A stretch of DNA of 51,930 nt from an uncultured bacterium. Lineage in GTDB: Bacteria; Planctomycetota; UBA8108; UBA1146. Position numbers and translations under genes: made by a program. The first letter of the stretch is position 1. The number at the start of each line of letters is the position of its first letter. Where the stretch lies: assembly GCA_937876125.1 (NCBI GenBank), contig CALEHF010000226.1, forward strand, positions 1-51,930. Reading direction: 5' to 3'. Shown here in pieces: positions 8,002 through 18,301 of this stretch. The notes under the pieces are model-generated. The model did no database searches. It had not been told where the DNA came from and saw nothing but the letters and a program-made list of their open reading frames with translations.

Positions 8002-11000
8002 ATGGTCGCGCGGATCACGATGCTGGTCGTTTTGTCCGCTAGTATTGTCCTCAGCATCATCTTCCTCGGTTCCGACGTTCCCGGTCCCGCGAAGCTGGTG
8101 GAGTTGCATCACCGCGGGGTGAGTCTCATCGAGCAGCATCGCTTTACCGAGGCTGAGAAGGTGCTCGCGAGGGTTGTGCTGTACGCCCCCGAGGAGTTCG
8201 TTCCGCGGTTCAACTTGGCCGTGGCCCAGCTGAACCAGGCGGAGTCGGGGGTCGATCGTGCGATCGTCACTTTCGAGGAGGCGCGGACGCTCTCCCCCTA
8301 CGATCCACACGTCGCGTACTACCTCGGGATCGCGCATCGTTTTCTGGGGAACGAGCCCCGGGCGATGGTGGAATTCCGTCGTGCGGTCGAGCTCGCTCCC
8401 CACGACTCCGACGCGAACTACAACGTCGGCATCGGCCTGGCCCAAGCCGAGGAACTCAGCCAAGCGCTGCCGTACTTCGAGCTCGCGTTCCGCCTCGACC
8501 CCACTCTGCTCAGCGCCTCTCACAATCTGCACCGCTGCTACCGGGTGGCCGGGCGCGACGAAGACGCTGCGCGTATTCTCGAACTGAATCAAACCCTGCG
8601 CGACTCCGGTCGCGCGCGAACGCAGTCCTACAAGTACACCGAGCAGGGAAACCTCTCGCGGGCGATCCGCGACTGGAACTACCCGCTTCCCGCACTCCTC
8701 GGTGCGCTTCCCATCTCCTTCGCCGCACCGATTCCGCTCGGAACGCCGGTGATCTCGGCGGAGCGGCCGCACGCCCTCGTCGACCTCGATCTCGACTGCA
8801 TTCCCGACCTGTGGATTTTGGGTCGCGAGCCGAAGATCTGGTCCTTCGGCAAGGGGGCCCCGGTCGCGCACGACGCTCCTCCTGAGTTTCTGACCGCGAG
8901 CACGTTTGCGGTGGGGGATCTCAATGAGGACGGCGTCCCCGATCTCGTCACGGCGGGGATGGGGGAGATTCATGTCTACACGCTGAAGGGCGTTCCCGTC
9001 CCCACGGTCACCACTCTGCAGGTCCTTCCGATCCCCGAGCTGGGACCGATCGCCGAGGTGCGTCTCGTCGACCTCGACCTCGAGGGAGATCTCGATCTTC
9101 TCATCGTTCCCGAAAACGGCGCGCCGGTGATCGCTCTCAACGAGGGGCGCACCCTACGAGCGCCCGGGGTCCCCGCGCTCCCCTTCGAAGGCTCCGGTCC
9201 GGCCCGGTTGGTCGCGGCACGCAGCATCGACAGCGACATCGACGCGGATCTCGTCTTCACCGACGCGAGCGCGCCGTACCTCCGGGCGATCACGAATGCG
9301 CCCGAGTGGAAGTTCGAGTTCTGCCCAGAGGGTTGGGCTCCCCCGGAGGTGATTGCGACCCGAGCGCACTCCGTCATCGCCGACTTCGATGGCGATGCGA
9401 TCGACGATCTCATCCTCGTGTCCGATCTCGATGGGGCGGCGTGGATCCGGATCGGGAGAGGGACCGGCCGTGCGTTTGGTGAGCTGACCGAGGCGGGTGT
9501 GGCTCCGAGCGGCGAAGGCGCGCTCCCCGCTCCCGGACCGGTGACTGCCCTCGCGACCGCAGACTTCGATCTCGATGGTCATCTCGATCTCGCGATCGCC
9601 TGCGCGAGCGGCGCCGGACCCCGTGGGGTGTGGATTCTGCGCAATACGGGTGCGGCGCTCTTCGAAGTGGTCACGATGGTCTCGGTCGATGCGCAAAGTT
9701 TGGTGATCGGCGATGTCGATGACGACTTTGATCCCGATGTGATCGTGATCAACGCCGCCGGCGTGCCTCACTTCCTCAGGAACACCACCAATCCGCTCTC
9801 CAACCCCGCTGAGTATCATGCGCTCCGCCTCTACTTCGGCGGTGTGCGCGACGACACCGATCGCCGCACCAATCTGCTCGGATACGGGGCGCGGGTCGAG
9901 CTGCGCGCCGGAGACTTGACCGTCGGGCGGACCTTCGAGGGGGCGATCGGATATCGCGCCCAAGGCCTCGCACCGCTGATCGTAGGAATCGCCGGTCGCG
10001 ACCAGCTGAGTTGGGCCTACGTGCTCTGGCCCGATGGGGTCAGCCAAGCGGAGAGCGAGCTCGCACTCGACACCTGCGCGCGGATCGAAGAGGTGCAGCG
10101 GAAATCTTCGAGTTGCCCGGTGCTCTTTACCTGGGACGGGCGCGAGTATCGCTTCATCACCGACTTCATGGGCGGTGGCGGGCTCGGCTTCTGGATCGGT
10201 CCCGATGAGTTCGCGCCACCGGAGCCCACGGAGGTAGTGCGGATCGCTCCCAATACCCTCCAACCGATTGCGGGCGAGCTGCGTCTTTCGGTGATGGAGC
10301 CGATGCAGGAGTCGTGCACCATCGATCGGCTCGAGTTGATCGCAGTCGACCACCCGGCGGGGACCGAGGTCTATCCGTTCGAGTACTTCCCGGTCCTCGG
10401 GGACGCGCCGACCGGAGCGGCGCTCTTGGTCGTCGAGCGAGAGCGCCGCTTTCCGATGGCGGTCCATGATCGCGAGGGGGCACTCGACCCGGCGTTGCTT
10501 TGGACGGTGGACCGCCAGTACGTGGCCCCGCGCACTCTCGACAACGACTTGGTTGGGTACGCGGAAACAGAGGAATGGGTGATCACGTTCGCGAAGGAGG
10601 TGGGTGGCACGCCGGCGACCCACCTCTTCCTCGATGGCTGGGTCGAGTACCCCTACTCACGGATCAATTTTGCTGCGTGGCAGCGCGATGATCGTCGGGC
10701 GCGGCGGCTCGAGGCACCGAGCTTCTGGTGGGACCGGGGGGACGGCGACTGGCAGTTGCTCGGCACCGAGATCGGTTATCCGGCGGGGATGCCGAAGACG
10801 ATGGTGCTCGATGTTTCGAAGCCGATCGCCGAAGGCGCGACCCGCTTCAAGGTGTCGACCAACTTGGAGCTCTACTGGGATCGCATCTTCCTCGCCCCGG
10901 CGCGTGAAGTCGCGGCGAGCGCGCAGAACGTTGCGCCGCTCCTGCGGGCCGAGTTGCGCTTTGGTGGATACCCCCGCGAGTACTCAGACGATGGCGCGCT

Positions 11001-11415
11001 CCCCGCGACCTATCACTACGCGGAGCGCGACGCCGATCTCGGCTACGAGCCGATGGGAGGCCTCTTCACGAAGTATGGCCGGGTCGATGAGCTGCTCTCC
11101 GTCATCGACGACCAATTCGTCGTGATGGGCGGGGGAGACGAGCTCGAACTGATCTGCGATGCGAACGCGCTTCCGACGCTCCCCGCCGGATCGTTGCGCA
11201 CTTACCTGCTCGATACCCACGGCTATTGCAAAGATCGCGACCCGCTGACGGCGACTCCAGACTCCGTCGAACCCCTCCCGTTCGCCGCGATGACCGCGTA
11301 TCCGCCGGCGCCATCGGACGTCGAACCCGATCGTAGTGCGTACCGAGCAAAGTGGAACACGCGCAAAGATGCCGGCGGAGGTGGCGCGCGCGGCGCGCGG
11401 CGGCTGAACGAATAG
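8002..11415 (+). CDS. TPR + FG-GAP/VCBS repeat + ASPIC/UnbV domain protein (CRTAC1-like)
   Basis: 1137 aa with an N-terminal TM. TPR region (AYYLGIAHRFLGN...), repeated DxDxDGxxDL FG-GAP loops, and an ASPIC/UnbV segment (YGARVELRAGDLTVGRTFEGAIGYRAQG...). RBS GAGGGAG before ATG 8002. Confidence 0.8.
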   Translation: MVARITMLVVLSASIVLSIIFLGSDVPGPAKLVELHHRGVSLIEQHRFTEAEKVLARVVLYAPEEFVPRFNLAVAQLNQAESGVDRAIVTFEEARTLSPYDPHVAYYLGIAHRFLGNEPRAMVEFRRAVELAPHDSDANYNVGIGLAQAEELSQALPYFELAFRLDPTLLSASHNLHRCYRVAGRDEDAARILELNQTLRDSGRARTQSYKYTEQGNLSRAIRDWNYPLPALLGALPISFAAPIPLGTPVISAERPHALVDLDLDCIPDLWILGREPKIWSFGKGAPVAHDAPPEFLTASTFAVGDLNEDGVPDLVTAGMGEIHVYTLKGVPVPTVTTLQVLPIPELGPIAEVRLVDLDLEGDLDLLIVPENGAPVIALNEGRTLRAPGVPALPFEGSGPARLVAARSIDSDIDADLVFTDASAPYLRAITNAPEWKFEFCPEGWAPPEVIATRAHSVIADFDGDAIDDLILVSDLDGAAWIRIGRGTGRAFGELTEAGVAPSGEGALPAPGPVTALATADFDLDGHLDLAIACASGAGPRGVWILRNTGAALFEVVTMVSVDAQSLVIGDVDDDFDPDVIVINAAGVPHFLRNTTNPLSNPAEYHALRLYFGGVRDDTDRRTNLLGYGARVELRAGDLTVGRTFEGAIGYRAQGLAPLIVGIAGRDQLSWAYVLWPDGVSQAESELALDTCARIEEVQRKSSSCPVLFTWDGREYRFITDFMGGGGLGFWIGPDEFAPPEPTEVVRIAPNTLQPIAGELRLSVMEPMQESCTIDRLELIAVDHPAGTEVYPFEYFPVLGDAPTGAALLVVERERRFPMAVHDREGALDPALLWTVDRQYVAPRTLDNDLVGYAETEEWVITFAKEVGGTPATHLFLDGWVEYPYSRINFAAWQRDDRRARRLEAPSFWWDRGDGDWQLLGTEIGYPAGMPKTMVLDVSKPIAEGATRFKVSTNLELYWDRIFLAPAREVAASAQNVAPLLRAELRFGGYPREYSDDGALPATYHYAERDADLGYEPMGGLFTKYGRVDELLSVIDDQFVVMGGGDELELICDANALPTLPAGSLRTYLLDTHGYCKDRDPLTATPDSVEPLPFAAMTAYPPAPSDVEPDRSAYRAKWNTRKDAGGGGARGARRLNE

Positions 11416-11474
11416 AGCGGGCGACTCAATCGGAGGGCGCGATTCGGAGAGCTTTCCACCCTCGCGCCACAGAG

Positions 11475-11574
11475 CAATGGACCTCAGTCTGTCCATTGTG
11501 GAAAAGCCTAAATCAGCGGTCACGACAGAGAGCACCGATGGCTGGGGCACTCCGCTCGTGACCTCTGATTTAGG
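11475..11574. terminator. two hairpins between convergent genes (8-bp stem 11475-11498; 18-bp imperfect inverted repeat 11507-11524 / 11557-11574)
   Basis: CAATGGAC-N8-GTCCATTG. CCTAAATCAGCGGTCACG pairs with CGTGACCTCTGATTTAGG (1 mismatch), and the second arm overlaps the TAA stop of the delta-60 gene. Confidence 0.45.
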
Positions 11575-12952
11575 GCGTGCGCCACACCACCGCGGTGGAC
11601 GTTCCAGTTCCGAGATCGACCGAGCCCGCGACGACGAGTCGGTTCAAACTATCGACGGTGACCGATCGCGCCGTCGTTCCTGAGTCATTCGCGCTCGAGA
11701 GGTGCGCGACTCCGCCTCCGGCAAGGATGGGGTCGAAGAAGCCGGCCGCGGTGATCAGCCACATTGCGCCTGCCGGCGAGTTTGCCGCGGTTGTTGCGTC
11801 GCGCAGAGTCGTCACGCCCGCAGTGATCACCTGGCCCGATGGGGCGACCGAGAGCGAGTTCGCCCCGCTGTCGCCAGTGAAGGACGCGAAGCTCAGGAAG
11901 CCGCCCACTCCAAACGCGGTTTCGAGCGTTCCGTCGATGAACAGCCGCGTCGCGAAGAAGCGATCGGTGATCCCCGATTCAGTGCGACGGCCGACCACCA
12001 TGAAGCTGATGTTGTCGTAGACCGTCGCGGCGAAAGGGACCAGCGATCCCGCGGGCGCCGGGATCGTTGAGATTCCGCCTGCGCTGAAGCCCGCGTCGAG
12101 AGCGCCCGTCGCGAGGAGGCGCCAAATGGTGAGGCTCCCTCCCCGGGAACCGATGAGGTACGAAAGACCACTCAAGTCATTGAGGACGGCGGCTCCTCGG
12201 TCACCGTTCGTGCCCGAGAGGAACAGTCCGCCGCTCGCGAAGCTATTGTCGATGAGCCCGACGTTGAGGAACCGCCACGAGGCGAGTTCGCCGATGTCGG
12301 TCGTGCCGGAGATGCGGCTATTGCCGATCACTTGGATCGATCCGCCGATTCCGATGATGAGATCCGCCGCGGTGTCGTCGTGAAGCATCGTCGCGTCGTT
12401 GCCGGCGTAGACGACTCCGTCGCCGCCGCTCCCGAAACCGAGATCGATGAGACCGTCCGAGAAGAGTCGGGCGACAAAGATATCTCGGTCGCCGCCGGTG
12501 CCATCTGCCGTTCCCGCGACGACGATCTTCCCGGCCCCGTCGATCGCCATTCCGACCACGCTGTCTTGATCGGGGCTCGCCGTCGAGACATCGATGATGG
12601 TGGTGCCGCCGGTGCCGAAGGAGCCATCGAGGTCACCGTTCGGAAGCAAGCGCCAGACCGCGACTTGCATGTCCCCGGCGCCATCGATGATCGTTCCGGC
12701 GATCACCAAGTTGCCGTTCGCGTCTTCGACGATCTCGACCGCCTCGCTCTCGTTCGCCGACAGGAGAATGCGGCCGCTTCCCGCCCCGAAAGCCCCATCG
12801 AGAACTGCGCCGGGAGGGTTGGTGTCGAGGACGAGAGTGCCGGCGTTCTCGTCGGAGGAGTCTGTGTTGCCGCAACCGGCGAGGGTCGCGATTCCAGCGA
12901 GGAGGTAGATGCGGAGGACCGAGCGAGCGGTCGTCTGGGAAGCGTGCAGCAT
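11570..12952 (-). CDS. delta-60 repeat (beta-propeller) lipoprotein
   Basis: Repeated G.lD.sFG.GG motifs (NGDLDGSFGTGG, DGLIDLGFGSGG, VGLIDNSFASGG, TGALDAGFSAGG, DGTLETAFGVGG). Start placed at ATG 12952 (MLHASQTTARSVLRIYLLAGIATLAGC), which gives a lipobox LAGC. Confidence 0.7.
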   Translation of the reverse strand: MLHASQTTARSVLRIYLLAGIATLAGCGNTDSSDENAGTLVLDTNPPGAVLDGAFGAGSGRILLSANESEAVEIVEDANGNLVIAGTIIDGAGDMQVAVWRLLPNGDLDGSFGTGGTTIIDVSTASPDQDSVVGMAIDGAGKIVVAGTADGTGGDRDIFVARLFSDGLIDLGFGSGGDGVVYAGNDATMLHDDTAADLIIGIGGSIQVIGNSRISGTTDIGELASWRFLNVGLIDNSFASGGLFLSGTNGDRGAAVLNDLSGLSYLIGSRGGSLTIWRLLATGALDAGFSAGGISTIPAPAGSLVPFAATVYDNISFMVVGRRTESGITDRFFATRLFIDGTLETAFGVGGFLSFASFTGDSGANSLSVAPSGQVITAGVTTLRDATTAANSPAGAMWLITAAGFFDPILAGGGVAHLSSANDSGTTARSVTVDSLNRLVVAGSVDLGTGTSTAVVWRTP

Positions 12953-13315
12953 GGGTGTGTCTCCGAGTGCTCGGGAGGGTGAAGGACGTGGAGAGGGAGT
13001 GGCTCGCATCGAGGCGTGGTTCCGAGGGGAGTTGGACTTCGAGCGACCCGCGATCGTAGCGGAACTGGGCTCCGAGTCACGATGATCTTCTGGCACCCCG
13101 AAAACCATGATCGAACGATGACGGATCAGCCGGGGGAGATGCAGCGCCTCCTCCCGGGGGAGGACCGCCACGGAGCCGCTCCTACACCGCATTCAAGCAC
13201 TCTCTGCGTCGCTGAGGGGTGTCAGCTGCGGTACACTCGCCCTCTTGCGACGAACGTCGTGTACCAGAAACAACCGCGCGTGTTCGCTCGCGACGGAACG
13301 CTGAAGGGCTCTGAC

Positions 13316-14356
13316 ATGCTGCGAATGATGCAATGGATTGTGGGAGCGGTCGCACTATTTTTCGCGACGGCGAGCCCAGTCCACGCCGACTTCGATTACA
13401 CCGACTTCAGCTCCCTTGCCGGGCTGACGCTTGTACAGGACGCGTCACCGTCGGGTCCCTTCGTCAACTTGACCTCTCAGGTGTTGAGCCAAAAGGGCGC
13501 GCTTTGGACCGACACCCCCCAGCCGATCTCGGCGGGATTCGATACCACGTTCACCATCGAGCACGCCCTCGCTTCCGGAGGGGCGGACGGCTCCGCCTTC
13601 GTGATTCAGAACGGGGGCGCGACTGCACTCGGGAACCACGCGGCGGCGCTCGGGTACGGTGGATTCCTCACGACTCCCAACGAGGGGATTCCGTCGAGCG
13701 TGGCCATCGAGTTCGACGACTTCTCGAACACGAACTTCAACGATCCATCCTCGAATCACCTGAGCGTGCAGACCCGCGGAGCGCTCCCCAACTCGAGTGA
13801 CCATCAGTTCTCGCTCGGCTCCACCAGTGCCATCGCGCCGATCGCCGGCGTCCATACCGCGCGCGTTGTGTACCTCCCCGGCTCTCCCGGCACCTTGAAC
13901 GTCTACTTCGACGACTTGGTGACCCCGGTGCTCTCGGTGGCGATCGACTTGGTCGCGGAGGTGAGCGGAACCAGCGCGTATCTCGGCTTCACCGCGTCAA
14001 CCGGCGGAGAGGCGGAGGCGCACCGGGTGCGCGCGTGGAGTTTGACGCTCTCTGGAGGCAATCCGACCGTGCAGTTCAGGCGTGGCGACTGCAATGACGA
14101 CGCGTCGGCGAACATCGCCGATGCAATCTTCCTCTTGTCGGTTCTCTTTCCGGCGCAGGGCAATCCACCGCCGGTCCCGTGTCAGGATTCCTGTGACGGG
14201 AACGACGACGGAAACCTGAACATTGCGGATGCGATCGCGATCCTGAATTCGCTCTTCAGTCCGATCCCCGCGCCTCTCCCGCCCCCCTTCGGCGCGTGCG
14301 GCAACGATCCTTCGATCGGGGACACGCTCATCTGTCCTGCTCAGAACGGTTGTTAG
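13316..14356 (+). CDS. secreted L-type (legume-like) lectin domain protein with C-terminal dockerin-like 4-Cys module
   Basis: Start placed at ATG 13316 (MLRMMQWIVGAVALFFATASPVHA signal peptide). Lectin-like core (GGADGSAFVIQN...GYGG...SVAIEFDDF.N). Tail RRGDCNDDASANIADAIFLL...CDGNDDGNLNIADAIAILNSLF...CGNDPSIGDTLICPAQNGC. Confidence 0.75.
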   Translation: MLRMMQWIVGAVALFFATASPVHADFDYTDFSSLAGLTLVQDASPSGPFVNLTSQVLSQKGALWTDTPQPISAGFDTTFTIEHALASGGADGSAFVIQNGGATALGNHAAALGYGGFLTTPNEGIPSSVAIEFDDFSNTNFNDPSSNHLSVQTRGALPNSSDHQFSLGSTSAIAPIAGVHTARVVYLPGSPGTLNVYFDDLVTPVLSVAIDLVAEVSGTSAYLGFTASTGGEAEAHRVRAWSLTLSGGNPTVQFRRGDCNDDASANIADAIFLLSVLFPAQGNPPPVPCQDSCDGNDDGNLNIADAIAILNSLFSPIPAPLPPPFGACGNDPSIGDTLICPAQNGC

Positions 14357-14422
14357 TACACGCCCGAGCCACCTCCGGAAGATCGCTCATTTGCCGCTTC
14401 GGCCCCAAAGAGAGCAATCCCC

Positions 14423-14677
14423 ATGAACGATAAACTCAAACTCACCGACGAGCGCCGAGCCGCCCTTCTCCGCGCCCTGCAATCTCACTTCTTCGATCAG
14501 CACAGCGAGGAGATCGGGGAATTGAAGGCGGAGCTGTTGATCGACTTCTTTCTCGAGAGGCTCGGGCCGCCGGTCTACAACCAGGCGATCGGGGACGCGC
14601 GAAAGTACATCCAGGAGCGACTCGACGATCTCGCGGATGAAGTCATCCACTTCGACGGCGACTCCTTCGAAAGCTAG
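14423..14677 (+). CDS. DUF2164 family protein
   Basis: 84 aa. The pattern L..L..HF.....[14 protein letters not shown]...LGP.VYNQAI.DA is characteristic of DUF2164. Confidence 0.75.
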   Translation: MNDKLKLTDERRAALLRALQSHFFDQHSEEIGELKAELLIDFFLERLGPPVYNQAIGDARKYIQERLDDLADEVIHFDGDSFES

Positions 14678-14811
14678 CCCCGGCTAAACTCGAAGTACGA
14701 CCAGTCCAACAGACTGCTAAGACTCGCCCCCGCCGCCTCTTGTACGGTTCCGTAGCATGCGCTCCTGACATCGGCGAAACTTCTCGCTCCTCTGGCGCGA
14801 AAGTTGGTTCG

Positions 14812-15609
14812 ATGCGCACCTACCTCGACCTGCTGCAGACACTCCTCGACACCGGAGTCCAGAAGTCCGACCGCACCGGCACCGGCACCCGCGCCCTGTT
14901 CGGCGCTCAGCTGCGGTTCGACCTCGCCGCCGGCCTCCCCGTCGTCACCACCAAGAAGATCCACCTGAAGTCGGTAATCCACGAGCTTCTCTGGTTCATC
15001 CGCGGAGAGACCAACGTGCGCTCACTGCAGGCGGTGGGCGTCAAGATCTGGGACGAGTGGGCCGATCCCGAGACCGGCGAGCTCGGTCCGGTCTACGGCG
15101 CGCAGTGGCGCCGCTGGCCGAACCCCGACGGCGGGACCATCGACCAGCTCGCAGGGGTCATCGATCAGATCCGCACCAACCCCGACTCGCGCCGCCTCAT
15201 CGTCAGCGCCTGGAACCCCGCTCAGGTCGATGCGATGAAGCTGCCGCCGTGTCACACGATGTTCCAGTTCCAAGTGATGCAGGGGCGGCTCTCCTGCCAG
15301 CTCTATCAGCGGAGCGCCGACATTTTCCTCGGAGTGCCGTTCAACATCGCGAGTTACGCGATCCTCACGCATCTCGTCGCCCAGGTGACCGGGCTCGAAG
15401 TGGGAGAGTTCATTCACACGTTTGGGGATGTGCACCTCTACGAGAATCACGTCGAGGCGGCGAAGACGCAGCTCTCTCGTGAGCCGTATCCGCTTCCCAC
15501 CTTCCGGTTGGGGAGAGAATTCACGGATATCGACGATGTGCACTACGAGGACATCTGCGTCGACGACTATCAGTACCACCCGGCGATCCGCGCACCGGTG
15601 GCCGTCTAG
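14812..15609 (+). CDS. thyA: thymidylate synthase
   Basis: MRTYLDLLQ...DRTGTGT...LWFIRGETN...AWNP..VD.M.LPPCH..FQF...[22 protein letters not shown]. Start moved to ATG 14812 (264-aa product). Confidence 0.97.
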   Translation: MRTYLDLLQTLLDTGVQKSDRTGTGTRALFGAQLRFDLAAGLPVVTTKKIHLKSVIHELLWFIRGETNVRSLQAVGVKIWDEWADPETGELGPVYGAQWRRWPNPDGGTIDQLAGVIDQIRTNPDSRRLIVSAWNPAQVDAMKLPPCHTMFQFQVMQGRLSCQLYQRSADIFLGVPFNIASYAILTHLVAQVTGLEVGEFIHTFGDVHLYENHVEAAKTQLSREPYPLPTFRLGREFTDIDDVHYEDICVDDYQYHPAIRAPVAV

Positions 15610-16106
15610 TGCGTATCACCCTGATCGCCGCGATCGGCCCCGACCGGGTCATCGGACGCGACGGAGACCTTCCCTGGCGTCTCCCCGCCGATCTCGCGCA
15701 CTTCAAGCGCATGACCCTTGGACATACGGTCTTGATGGGGAGGAAGACGTTCGATTCGATCGGGCGTCCTCTGCCAAAGCGGCGGAACCTCGTCTTGACC
15801 GGTTCTCCCGACCGATTGCCGGAAGGAGTCCACGGAGTTGCGAGTGTGGCGGAGGCGATCGAGTGCGCGGCGGATGAGACCGAGCTTTTCGTCATCGGTG
15901 GCGCGGAAGTGTACCGGCTCTTCCTCGACTCCGCCGACCGGCTCGTGATCACCGAGGTCGAGGGCGCCTTCACGGGGGATACGTTCTTTCCCGAGATCGA
16001 CCGCATGAACTTTCGTGAAGTCTCGCGCATTGCGTTCGAGCCCGACGAGAAGAACCGATATCATTACTCCTTCGTCACCTGGGAGCGCGTGCCCACGCCC
16101 GCTTGA
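15609..16106 (+). CDS. folA: dihydrofolate reductase
   Basis: ITLIAAIG.DRVIGRDGDLPWRLPADLAHFKR.T.GHTVLMGRKTF.SIGRPLP.R.N.VLT. The GTG start overlaps the thyA stop (TAGTG). Confidence 0.95.
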   Translation: MRITLIAAIGPDRVIGRDGDLPWRLPADLAHFKRMTLGHTVLMGRKTFDSIGRPLPKRRNLVLTGSPDRLPEGVHGVASVAEAIECAADETELFVIGGAEVYRLFLDSADRLVITEVEGAFTGDTFFPEIDRMNFREVSRIAFEPDEKNRYHYSFVTWERVPTPA

Positions 16107-16439
16107 TCGCCCCCCCTCGTTCTTGAGCCCCAAGTTTTTTTTCGCGCGCGCCGCGCCGATTCGATCCCTTTGAATGCTCCCCGCTGCGATCGAACTGCCG
16201 ATTCGAATCCTCGGTTTCTCGGCTTCTCGTGAGGGCCTCGGCACTCCGGAGTGAACAAGACTTTACTTACGAGATGCTCATCTCGTGCGCGCCGCGCCGC
16301 GCGAAAATCTTCGACGACTGAGACTTCTGCTGGCGACCTCAAGTGGACCATCGTCGTCGCCGAAAACAGTGGGGTGGCGGAGCGAGCCGGCGCGAGACCG
16401 GCAGTCGAAGGACCCCAGGTCGATCGAGAGACTCATCTA

Positions 16440-16925
16440 GTGATCAGCAGCACTCTGACAATCCGAGCGGCAGAAGTCGCCGATCTCGAATCCGTGGCAC
16501 GCCTTTGGTGTGCTCTCCAAGAAATGCGATCGCAGTTTCATTCCTGCCACGAGCCTACCGACGATGCGGTGGACACCCAGCGGAAAGAGCTGAACGATCT
16601 CCTCGGGCAAGCTGAAACGTTCTTCCATGTGGCGGTGGAGCCGTCGGGCCAGGTGGTCGGATACTGCCTCGGTACGATTCAGAGCCGCCCCGCCTCGCTC
16701 GCCGAAGAGCAAGTCGGAGTGATCTCTTCGATGTTCGTCGACCGCAACTCTCGCGATGCGGGAATTGGCCAGACGATGTGCCGCGCGGTCGTCGATGCGC
16801 TCGCTCGTAGTGGGGTCACGCGGGTCGAGGCGACTCTCTGTGCCGAGAATGCAGATGCCATTCGCTTTCTCGAAAAGCAACGCTTCGAATTGCACACGGT
16901 GACGCTCAGCCGCGACATTCGCTGA
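16440..16925 (+). CDS. GNAT family N-acetyltransferase
   Basis: Acetyl-CoA binding region (MFVDRNSRDAGIGQTMCRAVVDALARSG) and typical GNAT length. Start placed at in-frame GTG 16440. The upstream part of the 224-aa ORF is Arg/Ser-rich and not protein-like. Confidence 0.75.
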   Translation: MISSTLTIRAAEVADLESVARLWCALQEMRSQFHSCHEPTDDAVDTQRKELNDLLGQAETFFHVAVEPSGQVVGYCLGTIQSRPASLAEEQVGVISSMFVDRNSRDAGIGQTMCRAVVDALARSGVTRVEATLCAENADAIRFLEKQRFELHTVTLSRDIR

Positions 16926-16943
16926 TCTGAGGCCGCCGAAGAA

Positions 16944-16982
16944 GAACGGGCGCACGCTCTATCGGCGTGCGCCCGTTTTTCG
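16944..16982. terminator. bidirectional intrinsic terminator
   Basis: GAACGGGCGCACG-loop-CGTGCGCCCGTT followed by TTTTCG, between the convergent GNAT and LamG genes. Confidence 0.75.
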
Positions 16983-16991
16983 TCGGGACGG

Positions 16992-18095
16992 CTACTCCGT
17001 TCCCGAGCTCTCGCCTGCCGCGTTCTCTGCACGCGGCCCGCATTCGTCGAGATAGAGCGTGCGGTCATAGATCCACGCTTCGCCGATCTCCCCGCGGAAG
17101 TAGTAGCTCTCCTTCTTCGGACTTCCATCCGCTCGGTGCACTGCACCGTTCGAGGCGGTGTGCCCGAAACGCAGCGGGGCGCGTTGGGTGTAGATGATGG
17201 GAGTCGAGGTGACCGCGGTTCCTTCACACTCACCGTCGAGGTAGAGCTGAATCGCCCGCCCATCCCAGCGCGCGACCGCTGTGTGCCACCGGCCATCATT
17301 GACGACCGTCTCCCCCGTGATCTCGGTGTGCTGGGGGCCGAGGAAGAAGCGCAACCGCCCGCCGTGTGTTTCGGTGTCGACCTGGAGCCAGCCGCCGTCG
17401 GTGCCGGAGCCGGCGTAGTGCGTGCTCCACAGCATCATTTCCAAAGGCTCCGTGCACGAGGTGCGAAAGGTGACGACCACCGTGAATGGAGTGTCGGTCG
17501 GGAAGAGCGGGCTCCCCGAGTCAAACCGATGCTCGAAGAAGCTGTGCTCGAGGAGGCCGGGGGAGCGAAGGTCGGAACCGACGAAGCGGCCGGTACGGTC
17601 GTGGCCGGAGAGGTCGGCGATCTTCCCCGCGAAGTCGTTCGGCGTGTAGCCGCGAAAGTCGTGGTGGAGGATGGGGCCAGTACGGGGAACGGGAAGTGTG
17701 GTCGCGGTGATCTCGATGCTCGTGACGTGCTCGAACGCGACGTCGAGCGTACCGATGATCGTCGCGAGATCGAGCGCTGGGTCGCGGATGGTCCCGGTAA
17801 CTCGATCCCCCGAGGAGAGCGCCGCGGTGAAGACTCTGCCCTCGTTGCCGACCCGATCCAAACGACCGAGGAGGGAGAGCGGAACGGTGAGCTCGCCGAG
17901 CACGCCGTCGATCTTCCAAGCCCCTTGGCTGGTGGTTTCATGGAGAATCGTCCCGTGGAGGATCGACCCGTCGACGAGGGCAACGATCGCGGTCGAGACT
18001 CCCCCCATCTCGTCCTCGGGAACCCCCGCGGCGGACACGGACATGCCGAGGAGAAGCAGCGACGAGGCAAGGGGGAGCGCCTGGAGTGGGGTCAT
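16992..18095 (-). CDS. secreted LamG-like (concanavalin A-like lectin/glucanase) domain protein
   Basis: Signal peptide MTPLQALPLASSLLLLGMSVSAAG. C-terminal LamG pattern (GRWHTAVARWDGRAIQLYLDG...YFRGEIGEAWIYDRTL). Confidence 0.7.
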   Translation of the reverse strand: MTPLQALPLASSLLLLGMSVSAAGVPEDEMGGVSTAIVALVDGSILHGTILHETTSQGAWKIDGVLGELTVPLSLLGRLDRVGNEGRVFTAALSSGDRVTGTIRDPALDLATIIGTLDVAFEHVTSIEITATTLPVPRTGPILHHDFRGYTPNDFAGKIADLSGHDRTGRFVGSDLRSPGLLEHSFFEHRFDSGSPLFPTDTPFTVVVTFRTSCTEPLEMMLWSTHYAGSGTDGGWLQVDTETHGGRLRFFLGPQHTEITGETVVNDGRWHTAVARWDGRAIQLYLDGECEGTAVTSTPIIYTQRAPLRFGHTASNGAVHRADGSPKKESYYFRGEIGEAWIYDRTLYLDECGPRAENAAGESSGTE

Positions 18096-18301
18096 CCGGA
18101 TCCTCTCGCGTGGAGTCGAGCGGGCTCTATTGTGCCCGATGAGCCGCTGGGTGGGGTCACGAGGGGGTCACCCGTGGCCGGCGGGCGCCCGACCGGAGAA
18201 GAAGCCGGCGGTTCCCGCTCTTGAGCCCTCGACCCGCATTGCGTAGCGTCTTCTCTCCCCGACGCCCGGATGGACCGGTCGTGGGCTGTTCGTAGCGAGA
18301 G

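Noticed and set aside
16107-16439. tRNA-like TTCGAAT loop (around 16200-16215), GC-rich long-range inverted repeat (16136-16160 versus 16285-16310), and the 5' part of the 224-aa ORF.
   Set aside because: The flanks of the TTCGAAT do not form a T-arm. The inverted repeat is low-complexity CGCG with only about 10 pairable bases. The ORF 5' part is Arg/Ser-rich and not coding-like.
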